From positions 1 to 64,000 of the forward strand of contig CAWJET010000001.1 of NCBI GenBank assembly GCA_963842085.1: a stretch of 64,000 nucleotides of DNA, given 5' to 3'. The DNA is from an uncultured delta proteobacterium. Its GTDB lineage: Bacteria; Desulfobacterota; Binatia; Binatales; Binataceae. The stretch's first letter is position 1; every line of letters starts with the position of its first letter. Below are positions 1-9,977 of this stretch, piece after piece. The position numbers were made by a program, and so were the translations under genes. The notes under the pieces are model-generated. The model was not told where the DNA came from. It did not search any database and saw nothing but the letters and a program-made list of their open reading frames with translations.

Positions 1-73
1 CACAAGTTGGACAGTTTGAGGCGATTGAGGAAGAGAGGGTTTTTGGCTCATCTTAAGCGCAAAAGGAGCGGAG

Positions 74-448
74 ATGAGATCGAAAGTAGAACGGCAATCG
101 GAGGAAGCGGAAAAGGCGGTGCGGGATATCCGCCGGGCGACCCGGCGGCAGTACTCAGCGGAGGAGAAGGTTCGGATCGTGATTGCGGGTCTGCGCGGGG
201 AGGACAGCGTCGCTGAGCTGTGCCGCAAGGAGGGCATCAACCAGAACCTGTATTATCGCTGGTCGAAGGACTTCCTGGAGGCGGGCAAGAAGCGGCTGGC
301 CGGCGATACCGCACGCGAAGCGACCAGCGACGAAGTGAAGGGGCTGCGCGCGGAAACTCACCAGCTCAAGGAGCTGCTGGCTGAGCTGATGATGGAGAAC
401 CGCGTGCTCAAAAAAAGCGTGCTCGGGGATGGGGAGGCCGATATATGA
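74..448 (+). CDS. IS3 transposase OrfA (HTH)
   Basis: RRQYSAEEKVRIV...SVAELCRKEGINQNLYYRW HTH_Tnp_1-like pattern; ATGA overlap with orfB. Confidence 0.92.
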   Translation: MRSKVERQSEEAEKAVRDIRRATRRQYSAEEKVRIVIAGLRGEDSVAELCRKEGINQNLYYRWSKDFLEAGKKRLAGDTAREATSDEVKGLRAETHQLKELLAELMMENRVLKKSVLGDGEADI

Positions 449-1333
449 GGTACCCGGCCGCCGAGAAGCTGGAGATCATCCGGTTGGTCGAGCAGTCGTC
501 GTTGTCGGTGCAGCGCACCCTGGGCCAGCTCGGCATCCCGCGTTCCACCTTCTATTGCTGGTACGATCGCTATCGAGCCCGGCACGCTGAAGACCTCGAG
601 GATCGCACCCCGGCGCCACGGCAGGTATGGAACAAGCTCCCCGCTGCGGTTACTCAAGCGGTGCTCGAACTCGCGCTCAAAGAGCCGGAGTTGTCTCCGC
701 GGGAGTTGGCCGTCTCGTTCGTCGACCGCCAGCAGTACTTCGTCTCGGAAGCTTCGGTTTACCGGCTTTTGAAGGCGCACGATCTGATCACCAGTCCCGC
801 CTTCATCCTGATGAAGGCGGCCGACAGCTTCGCCCATCCCACCACCGCACCCAATCAACTCTGGCAAACCGACTTTACCTACTTGCGGGTGATCGGCTGG
901 GGCTGGTTCTATCTGTCGACCGTGCTCGATGACTTCTCGCGCTACATCCTGGCCTGGAAACTGTGTACCACCATGACCGCCACCGATGTCTCCGATACCC
1001 TGGCGATGGCCCTGCGCAGCTCCGGGTTGGAGCGCGTCCGGGTCCGGCATCGGCCGCGCCTACTGAGCGACAACGGGCCGTCCTACCTCTCCGCCCAGCT
1101 CGGCTCCTGGCTCGCGGCGCACGGCATGACGCATACCCGCGGCAAGCCCTATCACCCGATGACCCAGGGCAAGATCGAACGCTACCACCGCTCCATGAAG
1201 AACCAGATCCTGCTCGAGAACTACCCTGACACGGAGGGAAAACATCAAGCTGAAAACCATCGAGCTACGACGCCGGCTGCACCATTCATCCGCAGTCAAA
1301 ACTTCAACCCAGATGGACCAGATCCTCTCTTAA
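445..1333 (+). pseudogene. IS3 transposase OrfB (DDE), ~125-bp internal deletion causing a frameshift
   Basis: WQTDFT / DDFSR / SDNG / IERYH motifs. Relative to copy 2, the segment YLPGQLE...RGPAI is missing at ~1224; the original C-terminus (QMDQILS*) survives out of frame to 1333. Confidence 0.85.
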
Positions 1334-1375
1334 TTCTATCGCTAACTTGTCCAAAAGGTTCTGACGACGTACAGC

Positions 1376-1543
1376 CGGTGTGGGGATCGTATCGACGTTA
1401 ATTTGATGAAGAGTCTTCAGCCGTCCTGGCAGCTAACAATGGATGGCCAAGAAGCGTCTCTGCATCCTTCGTTGTGGATGCCCAAGAACAAATGTGGCAG
1501 CCACTTCTGGATAAGGCGCAATCGAATCGACTGGGTAGAATGA
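1376..1543 (+). pseudogene. 3' remnant of a DUF6527-like gene interrupted by IS3
   Basis: Manual translation: RCGDRIDVNLMKSLQPSWQLTMDGQEASLHPSLWMPKNKCGSHFWIRRNRIDWVE*. Matches the CxCG...W...SLxPS(V/L)W...CxSHFWIxxxxIxW pattern I recall for DUF6527. Confidence 0.7.
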
Positions 1544-1601
1544 TCCAGAGATTCGATTCATGTGGCAGATTTCTCAGAAGTATTCTTGTCACGTTCGTGC
1601 C

Positions 1602-2858
1602 TCAGTAGGAAAAGCCAGGGTAAATGAATGCTCCCCGGATGGTTTCTGCGTCCTTCTCTGAGACACCGCAGGCGCGAACCGTGTCGTACCAATGTTCAGC
1701 TTGTGCGCGCGTGTCGGCAATGATCTTCTCCGCCTCATCCTTCTGCAGAAGGAAGCGGGCATGCTGGGAAAGAATATTTTTCGCGTTGGCGAATCGGCCT
1801 TGATCCCCACATAGCAGCGCCAGATCACGGCGGTCGAGGCTTACGACGGGCGATGGCGTGAGGTCATATGCGGGCGACATTTCCCAGTCAAGGTTTCTGG
1901 CGATGAGCGCGTGATTACGAGGATGATCGTCGAGATTGGAAATAAGGGCGTTGAAGCAAATACGACGGAAGAGTTCACGAGCGTCTTTTTCCGGCTCCGC
2001 GACGATGCGGCGCAGTTCTTCGACAAGGATCACATACGACCATCGCTCACGTGCGTCATTGGTTTCGTCAGAGCGCAGCACCGTCAGCCCGCTTATCATG
2101 CGCGCGCGCGTGTAGCCCTCGGCTGTCCTTTCTCGGTCAAAACGCTTGACGAGCAGAACGTCTTTACCGCCGACGGTTTCGATTCGGCTTTCAGATGTGT
2201 TTATCCCACATTGCCGAGCGAGGCGGAGCGTCGCATATTCGACGCGCGCATAGTTCCACCGATCATCGGGCCGGTTGAACTTCGCCATCCAAAGTCCTTC
2301 TTCATCTTGGACCACAGCTTTTGGACGGGCACCGCCCATCGACGTGCCTAGCAGCAGCAATTCCTGGACTTGGGGAGCCGTCGGGTCTGAGGGAATTTCA
2401 TCCTTGACCAGAGCGTCGGCCAGCTTTTGAAGTTTTGCGAGGTCGAGCGTCTTGTTGAACTTTCTCAGAGGAGCGGGCGGCACATTGCCCAGCCCGAAGC
2501 CGAGCGCGCCTGCGCGGTCATCGGGTGATTCCAGGAGGTAGTCCATTTCTCCCAAGTTGGACTTTCCAGCGTGCTTTTCGATTATGCGGCGTCCCCAATA
2601 ATCAGGACCGGCGTCACGCAAGGCACCAAAAACGCCTTTCAGATGCACGGTATTGTAGGTGTTATCGGACAGCTTCAATTCCACCGGATCGATTGGCACT
2701 GCGTCGGGGTTCTTGAGGTAGCTTTGCCCGTAGACAAAGCGCCCTAGAGGTGTGCCAGAAGCTGTTTCGTCCAGCACAAACTTTCCGGCCGTCACGGCCG
2801 AAACCTTGCCGGGTAGCGTGATGTAGACGAAGCACTCCCGCTGAGAATTAGAACTCAT
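1602..2858 (-). CDS. hipA: HipA-family Ser/Thr kinase toxin
   Basis: GTSMGGARPKA P-loop, NxDDHxRNH and SPAYDL motifs; likely start MSSNSQRECF at 2858, overlapping the antitoxin end. Confidence 0.9.
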   Translation of the reverse strand: MSSNSQRECFVYITLPGKVSAVTAGKFVLDETASGTPLGRFVYGQSYLKNPDAVPIDPVELKLSDNTYNTVHLKGVFGALRDAGPDYWGRRIIEKHAGKSNLGEMDYLLESPDDRAGALGFGLGNVPPAPLRKFNKTLDLAKLQKLADALVKDEIPSDPTAPQVQELLLLGTSMGGARPKAVVQDEEGLWMAKFNRPDDRWNYARVEYATLRLARQCGINTSESRIETVGGKDVLLVKRFDRERTAEGYTRARMISGLTVLRSDETNDARERWSYVILVEELRRIVAEPEKDARELFRRICFNALISNLDDHPRNHALIARNLDWEMSPAYDLTPSPVVSLDRRDLALLCGDQGRFANAKNILSQHARFLLQKDEAEKIIADTRAQAEHWYDTVRACGVSEKDAETIRGAFIYPGFSY

Positions 2859-3189
2859 TGTCGAGATCTCCGGCTTTGCGGGCGCGCTTTCCTTCTTTGA
2901 CAGCCGCCAATGCGAGGCCTTCCTGGTCCGAGAGGGGATCGGCCAACCGGTCGAGCGGATCGAGCAGGTCATAAGCCCAGAGAAGCGCAGCGTAGACGCC
3001 AACTCCCGTTGATGGTTTGCCGCTTTCAGCGTCGCGCACCGCGCGGAGTCCCGTCCCAATTCTCTGGGCGACCTCTCCAATGGTCTGTTTGCGCCGTAGC
3101 CTTGCCAGGCGTAGGTTGCGCCCGACCTTCTTCAGGGCCTGTTCGACGGCATACGGCGGCGCCTCCAGCAGAGTGTTGCGAGCAACCAT
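2848..3189 (-). CDS. XRE-family HTH antitoxin (HipB-like)
   Basis: GRNLRLARLRRKQTIGEVAQRIGTGLRAVRDAESG XRE pattern, directly upstream of and overlapping hipA. Confidence 0.85.
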   Translation of the reverse strand: MVARNTLLEAPPYAVEQALKKVGRNLRLARLRRKQTIGEVAQRIGTGLRAVRDAESGKPSTGVGVYAALLWAYDLLDPLDRLADPLSDQEGLALAAVKEGKRARKAGDLDNEF

Positions 3190-3190
3190 G

Positions 3191-3311
3191 TTCCCTCAAG
3201 AGCACGTTAATAGGTTTAATGTGCTTTTAAGAGCATATCTCGTATTTCGATGAAATGCAAGCGAAATGCTCTTGAGAGCCCGCTAAAGCAGATAGTATGC
3301 TCTCAAGAGCA
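3191..3311. promoter_or_regulatory. Four palindromic operators TGCTCTnnAGAGCA upstream of hipBA
   Basis: TTCCCTCAAGAGCA 3191, TGCTTTTAAGAGCA 3222, TGCTCTTGAGAGCC 3267, TGCTCTCAAGAGCA 3298. Confidence 0.75.
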
Positions 3312-3624
3312 CTTGGATGGGTTCGGCGGAGGCACCTGCGGCGCGAGGGCAGGCGCGATATAAAAACGTCTGCGAAATATGTTCCCTAGGCAGAGGGCTG
3401 AGGGATTGCGGTTTCATTTGTGCCGATGGTACCGGCGGCATTCCGGAGCGCGTACGAGACCCACCTAGAAGAACGTGGCAAGCCCGAGTTGAAGGAGCTG
3501 CGACAGAAAGAGCGCCCTGGAGTCACAGTCACCGCGTTCGCTATTGCTTCCGACGAACACCTGCGTTTTCGTCTGTGGCTTGGCCTTCAGAGTTAACTGT
3601 TATCGCGTGAGGGGATAGCAAATT

Positions 3625-4350
3625 ATGAGGTTCAAGAACCGGCGTGAAAAGCAGCTGTTTCTTTCCAGCGTGCCTCTCAGAAAGATTGGTTCCGACAAGT
3701 TACCCAAGGCAATAGCGACCGGCTGTTTGGCAAACTACCGGAACAAACGCGTTCTTCTGACGGTGGCTCATGCGACAAAGCAGCCGGGCAAGTGGGCCAT
3801 TGAGCTACGGTACGAGCCGGAACAAGGTACCAAGCTCTATTCAGTAGGAGCCATGAATTTTTTGAAGAAGGGGACCTTGCCGGCGGGGACACTCGAGGAG
3901 GTAGATTTTTCCTATGTCGAAGTTCCAGGTGGTCTTCAGGCGTTTCGCCAAGAAATCATCGATCCCCTCACGGTTAAACAAGAGATTCCGATAACGATAC
4001 ACAAGCTGGACTTCTCCCCACCCTCACGCCGGCGGAGCTATGGGTTTTGCGGTACGGTGCTGCCGAGTCTGGAAACACATGCTTCGCAAAAATATCTCTT
4101 CGCCGAGTTGAAAATTTATGATCGGCTGCGATATCTGCGGAGCGAGGGAGATTATCATTTCTTTCGTCTGCCCATGGTTCATCCCGGCCATGAGCAGTTT
4201 CAAGGTTGCAGCGGCGCTCCAGTCCTCGACCGAATGGGCCGGGTTGTTGGCCTCGTGTGCGGCGGCGATGTCAACACAAATGAGATATGGGCTATCTCGC
4301 CAGCGCGCTATCGCAGCGCGCTGGATATTCTGGCGGGGAAATTTCGATAG
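3625..4350 (+). CDS. Trypsin-like serine protease, no signal peptide
   Basis: Catalytic triad motifs LLTVAHA, EVDFS, GCSGAPV followed by VVGLV. Confidence 0.75.
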   Translation: MRFKNRREKQLFLSSVPLRKIGSDKLPKAIATGCLANYRNKRVLLTVAHATKQPGKWAIELRYEPEQGTKLYSVGAMNFLKKGTLPAGTLEEVDFSYVEVPGGLQAFRQEIIDPLTVKQEIPITIHKLDFSPPSRRRSYGFCGTVLPSLETHASQKYLFAELKIYDRLRYLRSEGDYHFFRLPMVHPGHEQFQGCSGAPVLDRMGRVVGLVCGGDVNTNEIWAISPARYRSALDILAGKFR

Positions 4351-4413
4351 ACAGAGTTCCGGGCAATCCGGCAGTCGAAGAGGCGGCGATAAAAATGCCC
4401 GGCCTCGAGGCGG

Positions 4414-5040
4414 TCAGCTCCCATCAGGCCACGGATTAAGAATGGCGACAATGTATTGCGGCAGGTTATCGGCCTTGGTTTGTGCACAACTCCTGCACAG
4501 CGGCTGAAGGTTCTGAAAAGCGGCGGTGCCGCCGTGAGACCTGGGATGAATGTGGTCAATTTCGACTGGCCCACCGGAGCCGCAGGCGAAGCACCGACTG
4601 CCATAAAACCTGAAAACCTGCCGTCGCCGCCTCCTCGATGGTTCGACTGAACTGGTCTCGTCGGGAACGCTCAAGCGCTCCGAGAGTTCGTCCGTTTCTA
4701 CATAAAGCGGCGCGCCATGCAGATTGTGGCGGCAGGAAGCACAGCGCGGAGAGTCTTCATCCTCGGCCAGCGAGGCTGCCTCGTCTTCATCCAGGACATT
4801 GGCGAGATCGGATTCCCAGCTCTCAGAGAGCACGTCCGGGGCGCGGTAGAGCACGAAAAGGCCATCGACCTGAGCGCAAAAGCAGCTCTCGCATAGGATG
4901 GTAGGGATTTGAATTTCTAGGCGGTCGTTGTGGCTGCAAAGGGTTTGCCGGTGACGTGCGAGCGTGGCGTGGTATTCATCTTCGAGCCACTGGTAGAGGT
5001 CCGGTGTGAGCTCTACCAGTTCTGAAGTTATCCTGGGCAC
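4414..5040 (-). CDS. HNH endonuclease with N-terminal CxxC motifs
   Basis: CFAC...EIDHIHPRSHGG...NLQPLCRSC; extra CESC and CASC motifs; start uncertain (GTG 5040). Confidence 0.75.
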   Translation of the reverse strand: MPRITSELVELTPDLYQWLEDEYHATLARHRQTLCSHNDRLEIQIPTILCESCFCAQVDGLFVLYRAPDVLSESWESDLANVLDEDEAASLAEDEDSPRCASCRHNLHGAPLYVETDELSERLSVPDETSSVEPSRRRRRQVFRFYGSRCFACGSGGPVEIDHIHPRSHGGTAAFQNLQPLCRSCAQTKADNLPQYIVAILNPWPDGS

Positions 5041-5138
5041 AAGTTGTATCGTACGGGAAGAAAGCGGCCGGCGGCAATCCCGGTCGCCTCGGAATGTGAT
5101 CGCTCGGGTCCAGCCGAAGCCAGAACAGTCGCGGGGTG

Positions 5139-5195
5139 TGCGGGCGGTGGGAGTCGAACCCACACGGGTCTTTCGGACCCTACGAATTTTAAGTC
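5139..5195 (-). other. 3' half of tRNA-Leu(TAA), att-like relic
   Basis: Reverse complement GACTTAAAATTCGTAGGGTCCGAAAGACCCGTGTGGGTTCGACTCCCACCGCCCGCA: anticodon loop, long variable arm, T-arm and acceptor 3' strand; no D-arm or 5' acceptor strand. Confidence 0.82.
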
Positions 5196-5197
5196 AT

Positions 5198-6450
5198 CTA
5201 AACGTCGAGAGCGAGTTGGGAGAAATGTCCGCTCAAATCTTGCTGGTCGCTTTGCCCATCGTCGTTGTGCTCGTTGCCATTCCCATAGCGCGCTGTGCCT
5301 GGATTCATCGCCGTGGTATTCGGAGCGCGCGACGGCATGACCGATGTGCCGCGAACATCCTTCGGTGCCGGCACACGCTGTCCGCCGTCTGGACCGAGAT
5401 TGCCGAGTTGCTGCGTCTGTCGGCCGAAGTCCATTGCCTTTACCCAGCCAGCCGGTTCGCCGCTATTGCCGGCGCTACCGTTGCCTATCTGAGCGACCTT
5501 GTTGAATCCGGTCTGAAGCGCGCTTGTGATCGGTCGAATGATCGTCTGAGCAACGTAAGCTGCTTCGAAGGCGTGGCTGAGCGCGAGGCCAACGGTTCCG
5601 CCCGCGATGCTGGCCGCGATGTGAGGCACGGCTATGGTTACGATCGCAAAGACGATTGATTTCGCGACGACATCAAGCATTACGGCGGCTGGTACGGTAT
5701 TGGCGCAGACCATCGTAACGAGTGACGATGGAGAAGATCCGTAAGTGTCCGAACCAAGGCAGGAACATTGGGGTGGGTTTGCAGGCAGCGATCAACGCAG
5801 TGTTCCAGTCGTTCGCCATCTTCACGCCGAGAGCCAGAACCAAATAAAAGAAGAGAAGTCGGACGCCGACGTTGATGACATAGCCGAAGTAGCCTTCTGC
5901 TGCGGGCGCCGTAAAGCGGTTTGCGCCAAGGCCGAGCAGAATGATTCCGCCGCCCACGACTAGATAGGTCTCGATCAGTGTCAGCAGCAGCATCGCCGCA
6001 GCAATTACGAAGGAGAGGAGAACAATGAACGCTGCCACGCTCTGTACGATCGCGAGCTCCAAATTCGAGAGAGTGCTCGAAGTCGCGGGCGAGTTGAATA
6101 TTGTCTCGGCCATGCTGGCACCGATGACGATGACGCTTTGCGGACTGAGGGCGGGGAGTCCGGTGAGTGATGCTCCGATCGCGGAGAAACTCTTGAGTAC
6201 AAGATTCATCCACGAGAATGCATTGACGATCATCAGGTAGACGAAACCGCCGCTCAGAACTTGCTTTATGAGACGGCCGAGGAAGTGCGGTGCATCGAGC
6301 TGTCCTTCGGCGACGAATTGAATCCAGGTAACGAGGATCTCGATGAGAAGGAGCGCGAAGAACAGCTTGAGGGCGTAGGGTTGGATGGCTGCGCTGTATT
6401 TCAGACCTGCGGTGTAATACTGCCCGGCAATCGCGTCGAAGCCACGTCAT
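5198..6450 (-). CDS. trbL: P-type conjugative transfer protein TrbL (VirB6), two +1 frameshifts
   Basis: Polytopic membrane protein with Ala/Gly-rich C-terminus, after trbJ-trbK; frames join at ~6443 and ~5750. Confidence 0.8.
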
Positions 6451-6465
6451 TGTAGAATCTCCGTT

Positions 6466-6660
6466 TTATGGCTGCGGTGGTGGCGCTCCGGGCGTCGCGT
6501 GTAACAGATCGGGATAGCCAGAAGGCGCAGGCGCCGAGAGAACTGAGCGCGCTTGATCTTCAGCGGCTTTCCCTTGGTAGAGGTGCCAGATGCCGTACAC
6601 GACGGCGCACACTCCAATGATCGCCAAGATCAAGACGATGGGATTTCTGCCTTTGTTCAT
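6466..6660 (-). CDS. trbK: TrbK-like entry exclusion protein
   Basis: 64 aa between trbJ and trbL, N-terminal hydrophobic anchor, C-terminus duplicates the TrbJ C-terminus. Confidence 0.65.
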   Translation of the reverse strand: MNKGRNPIVLILAIIGVCAVVYGIWHLYQGKAAEDQARSVLSAPAPSGYPDLLHATPGAPPPQP

Positions 6661-6683
6661 GGCTTAACTGCTCGCATCAATTG

Positions 6684-7440
6684 TTAAGGTTGGGGCGGCG
6701 CCGTTCCCGACCCAGCATGCAACCAGTCCGGATAACCTGCCGGCGCTTGAGCGGATAATATCGCCTGCGCCGCAAGATTTCCTTGCACCTGATTGTTGAC
6801 CTGGTTCGCAGCCGCGACGTTCTGGGAATTCATCTCGGCCATCACGAGCTGTCGGAGCATTTGAACCTGCTGTACCTGCGCCAGCGCGATTTCGTTGCTG
6901 ACCTGAACCGCCTGCAGATTACCTATCGCCGTCTGGTTCTTCAGCTCAAGGTTTTGAAGGGTGGCCTGTTCGGCTTGGAAGTTCTGGGCCTGCGCCTGCG
7001 CTGAAGCGAGCGCACCGTTGAGCGTGTCCAGCGTGGTATTGACCGTCGTTTGCGGACTCTGGACGCCTGCGGTCGAGGCAGCGTTGTAGCCCGGATAGAG
7101 CTGCTGGAACTGCTGCGTAAGGCCCTGAAAGGTATACGAGAGTCCTTCCTGCTGATTGATCAGATCGCCGAGGTTCGTAAGCAGATTCTGGTTCGACTGC
7201 CAGACACCTGCGCCGCCGCCGGTCGTGTTCTTGATCGCGTACTGTAGTTGCTGCGCGAGGTTCGTGACGGTAGCGGTTTCCTGCTGAAGCTGCTGGAGCT
7301 GGCGCGCGAACATATTCGGGTCGAAGACAATCTGCGAGCCGCCGAACTGTGCGCGGGCAGGAACCGAAGACGCGACCAACAGCCAAACAACTGCGACCGA
7401 AACGGCAGAACAAGAATCGGGAGAATCTTTTCGACTTCAT
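6684..7440 (-). CDS. trbJ: TrbJ (VirB5-like), +1 frameshift in the signal peptide
   Basis: IVFDPNM motif, Gln-rich helices, FQQLYPGY; ATG 7440 overlaps the trbE stop; frameshift ~7410. Confidence 0.82.
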
Positions 7441-9959
7441 TGATGTATCTCCCTTTGATGAACTTTTCCGTTGGTGTGGAACGGCGGAATGCCGTTCACA
7501 CTTAAGATCGCGTCGGCCGGCGTCTCGACACGACCGTTGAGTTTGTCGAGATACTCCGCCCAATCGTGCAATCCGCGCGCGCGAAGCCAGTCGGCGGTCC
7601 AGCGATCGCCGTGCTGTTCGATCATCCGTCGCGCCGCGAGTACATCCTCCTTCGATCCCGCGCCTATGAAGGCGAGCGCCGCCGGACCGAGTGAGAACTG
7701 GAACAATCGGCGCCCGAGCGGCGAAACGTAATAGTAGTGCCGCTTGGGAGTGGCGTCGGCGACGATGTCGATCTGCCGATTCGAAAGTCCGAATCGTCGG
7801 TACATCTCCTGCGTCCCGCTGTTCTTCGCCTCGGGATTCGGCAGATAGAGCTTCGTCGGACAGGACTCGAGAATCACGTCGCGATGAGGCGAATTGGCAA
7901 TTTCGCTCAGGCTCTGAGTGGCGAGCACCACCGCCGCATTCTTCTTGCGCAGCGTGCGAAGCCACTCCTCGATCTTCGCGCCGAAGACGCTGTTGGTCAG
8001 CATGATCCACGCTTCATCGAGGATAACGAGCGTGGGTCTGCCGTCGAGGCGCTGATCGATTCGGTGGAAGAGATAAGTGACGACGGGCACGACGACCTTC
8101 GGCCCCATCGCCATCAACGTTTCGAGCTCGAAGGTGATGAAGCGCTCTTCGAGCAGAACATCACGGTCGGCGTCAACGAAGCGCCCGAGCGGACCCGCGA
8201 GCGAATAGGCGCTCAGCCCGTCGCGCACGACATTGTCCTGCACCTGAGTGACGAGGTTGCTGATAGTGCGCTGCTCTGGCGGTGCTTCCGCGACCAGTTC
8301 CAGCGCCCGCCACAGTGCCTTGCGCTGATTCGGAACGAGTGGCACGCCCTGAAGCTCAAGCCAGTCTTCGAGCAGTCCCTGCATCTTCATACGGTCGGTC
8401 TCGTCGTCGATGCGCGCGAGCGGACAGAGCGGAACCTCGTCCTCTCCGAGATCGAGATGCTGTCCGCCGAGAGCCTTGGTCAGAACGTAGGCAGAGTAGC
8501 CCTTGTCGAAGAAAAAGATTTGCCCGTCAGGGACTGCACGGAAGTTCGCCGCGATCGTGCCGAGCGCTACGCTCTTGCCGCTCCCCGTTGGACCGTAGAT
8601 TCCAGTGTGACCGGTGTCGCCAACATGGAGGTTTAGCCGGAAGGGCGTGCTGCCCGTGGTTGCGCCGTAGCACAGGGCCGGCGTGTTCTTCGCGTAGTAA
8701 GGGCAGGGGTTGGTCGCGAGGCCCGCCCAGATGCTCGTTAGCGGCAGAATGTCCGCGAGGTTCTGAGTGTTAACCAGCGGACGGCGCACATCGTACCAGC
8801 CGTGTCCGGGGAGCGAACCGAGCCAAGCCTCGACGGCGTTTATGGTTTCGTTGCGCGGATCGAAGCCCATGTTTTGGCAGACCTTGAAGACCAGTTGCGC
8901 GTTTTCATCGGCGACGTCGGCCCGGTCTTCGGTGATGATCACCTTTGGCGTGACGTAGCAATATCGAACCGCGCCGCCCTCGGCCTCGGTGATCGCCTCA
9001 TCGGCGTCGGCTGCCATCCTGAGCGCATGCTGGTTCTGAAAAGCTGCTCCCGCGCCCGAGCCGAAATGTTCGCTGATGACGCCGCGAAGTCCGAGTCGCT
9101 TCTGGAACCAATTGCGCCGATACACGGTGAGCTGGCTGATCGCCGTCCGCGGGCCTACGGGAATCCCGCGCGTTGAGTAGCGGTAAGATATCGGTAACTC
9201 GCTCAAGAACGCGGCCATCTCGGCGTAGGAAAATGGCGGGAAACCGGCCAGCGCGATGACGCGGATGTGCCTGCCGCCGATGCGCGGTTTGAACCCAGCG
9301 ATCAAATCCTGATTGCCGAGAACCGCATCCAGATAAGTTGGCGTTGTCGGCGCGGCAACTTCGCACATCCGCCCGTTGATGCAGCTCGCGAGATGCGACA
9401 GCAATGCGGGCATGTCCAGCGGAGTAAGTTTCCAGACGGGACTGATCGCATCTTCAAAATCGCGGAGTCGCTGCTTGAACCATTCGAGCTGTCGTCGCCA
9501 GTCAGGGCGCGACGGCGTGCCCGTCAGAAAGACACCGGCGATCCGCGTTTGCGCGTCGGCCGGCGGGCGATACGTGATCGTGAGAATGCATCTCGCCTCG
9601 AAGTGCTGGCCCTCGGTCGAGTATTGGATCTCCCGCTCGCGATCGAGCGTCGCGCTGACCGGATCGGGAAACGTGCGGCTCGGGTAATCAACGCTCGGAT
9701 GACGGATGAGGTCGACGTTGTACATGAAGCCGTCGTCCAGACGCGCAAGCGCGCGATTGGCCTGAGCGCGGTGCGCGTCGAGTTCTTCGACACTCGCAGA
9801 ATTGAGGTCGAGCCCTGAACACTCGAAGGCCGACAGGAACGCGCCGTCCTTCATCGCAATAGTGTAATCGTCGATCGGGATCGCGTAGTTGAGCTGGTCA
9901 GGCAGACCGAGCAGCTTGCCGCGCTTTCGTCTTAAATCCTTGAACTCTTTGAGGAACAT
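7437..9959 (-). CDS. trbE: TrbE (VirB4) ATPase
   Basis: GPTGSGKS Walker A, FDKGYS, ILDEAW, LRKKNAAVVLATQS. Confidence 0.93.
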   Translation of the reverse strand: MFLKEFKDLRRKRGKLLGLPDQLNYAIPIDDYTIAMKDGAFLSAFECSGLDLNSASVEELDAHRAQANRALARLDDGFMYNVDLIRHPSVDYPSRTFPDPVSATLDREREIQYSTEGQHFEARCILTITYRPPADAQTRIAGVFLTGTPSRPDWRRQLEWFKQRLRDFEDAISPVWKLTPLDMPALLSHLASCINGRMCEVAAPTTPTYLDAVLGNQDLIAGFKPRIGGRHIRVIALAGFPPFSYAEMAAFLSELPISYRYSTRGIPVGPRTAISQLTVYRRNWFQKRLGLRGVISEHFGSGAGAAFQNQHALRMAADADEAITEAEGGAVRYCYVTPKVIITEDRADVADENAQLVFKVCQNMGFDPRNETINAVEAWLGSLPGHGWYDVRRPLVNTQNLADILPLTSIWAGLATNPCPYYAKNTPALCYGATTGSTPFRLNLHVGDTGHTGIYGPTGSGKSVALGTIAANFRAVPDGQIFFFDKGYSAYVLTKALGGQHLDLGEDEVPLCPLARIDDETDRMKMQGLLEDWLELQGVPLVPNQRKALWRALELVAEAPPEQRTISNLVTQVQDNVVRDGLSAYSLAGPLGRFVDADRDVLLEERFITFELETLMAMGPKVVVPVVTYLFHRIDQRLDGRPTLVILDEAWIMLTNSVFGAKIEEWLRTLRKKNAAVVLATQSLSEIANSPHRDVILESCPTKLYLPNPEAKNSGTQEMYRRFGLSNRQIDIVADATPKRHYYYVSPLGRRLFQFSLGPAALAFIGAGSKEDVLAARRMIEQHGDRWTADWLRARGLHDWAEYLDKLNGRVETPADAILSVNGIPPFHTNGKVHQREIHQ

Positions 9960-9977
9960 ACTTCTTCCTCTCTCTTC

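Larger units (their letters stand above)
1..1373 (+). mobile_element. IS3-family insertion sequence, copy 1 (left IR starts ~13 bp before the window; internal deletion)
   Basis: orfA/orfB layout with A7G slippery site at 410-417. Right end ...CTGACGACGTACA at 1373 matches copy 2 (56127). The window start CACAAGTTGGACA is the interior of the left IR seen at 57614-57626. Confidence 0.93.

Noticed and set aside
5139-5235. Complete tRNA-Leu(TAA)
   Set aside because: Upstream GCGGACA mispairs with the acceptor, is too far away, has no D-arm and lies in trbL coding sequence.
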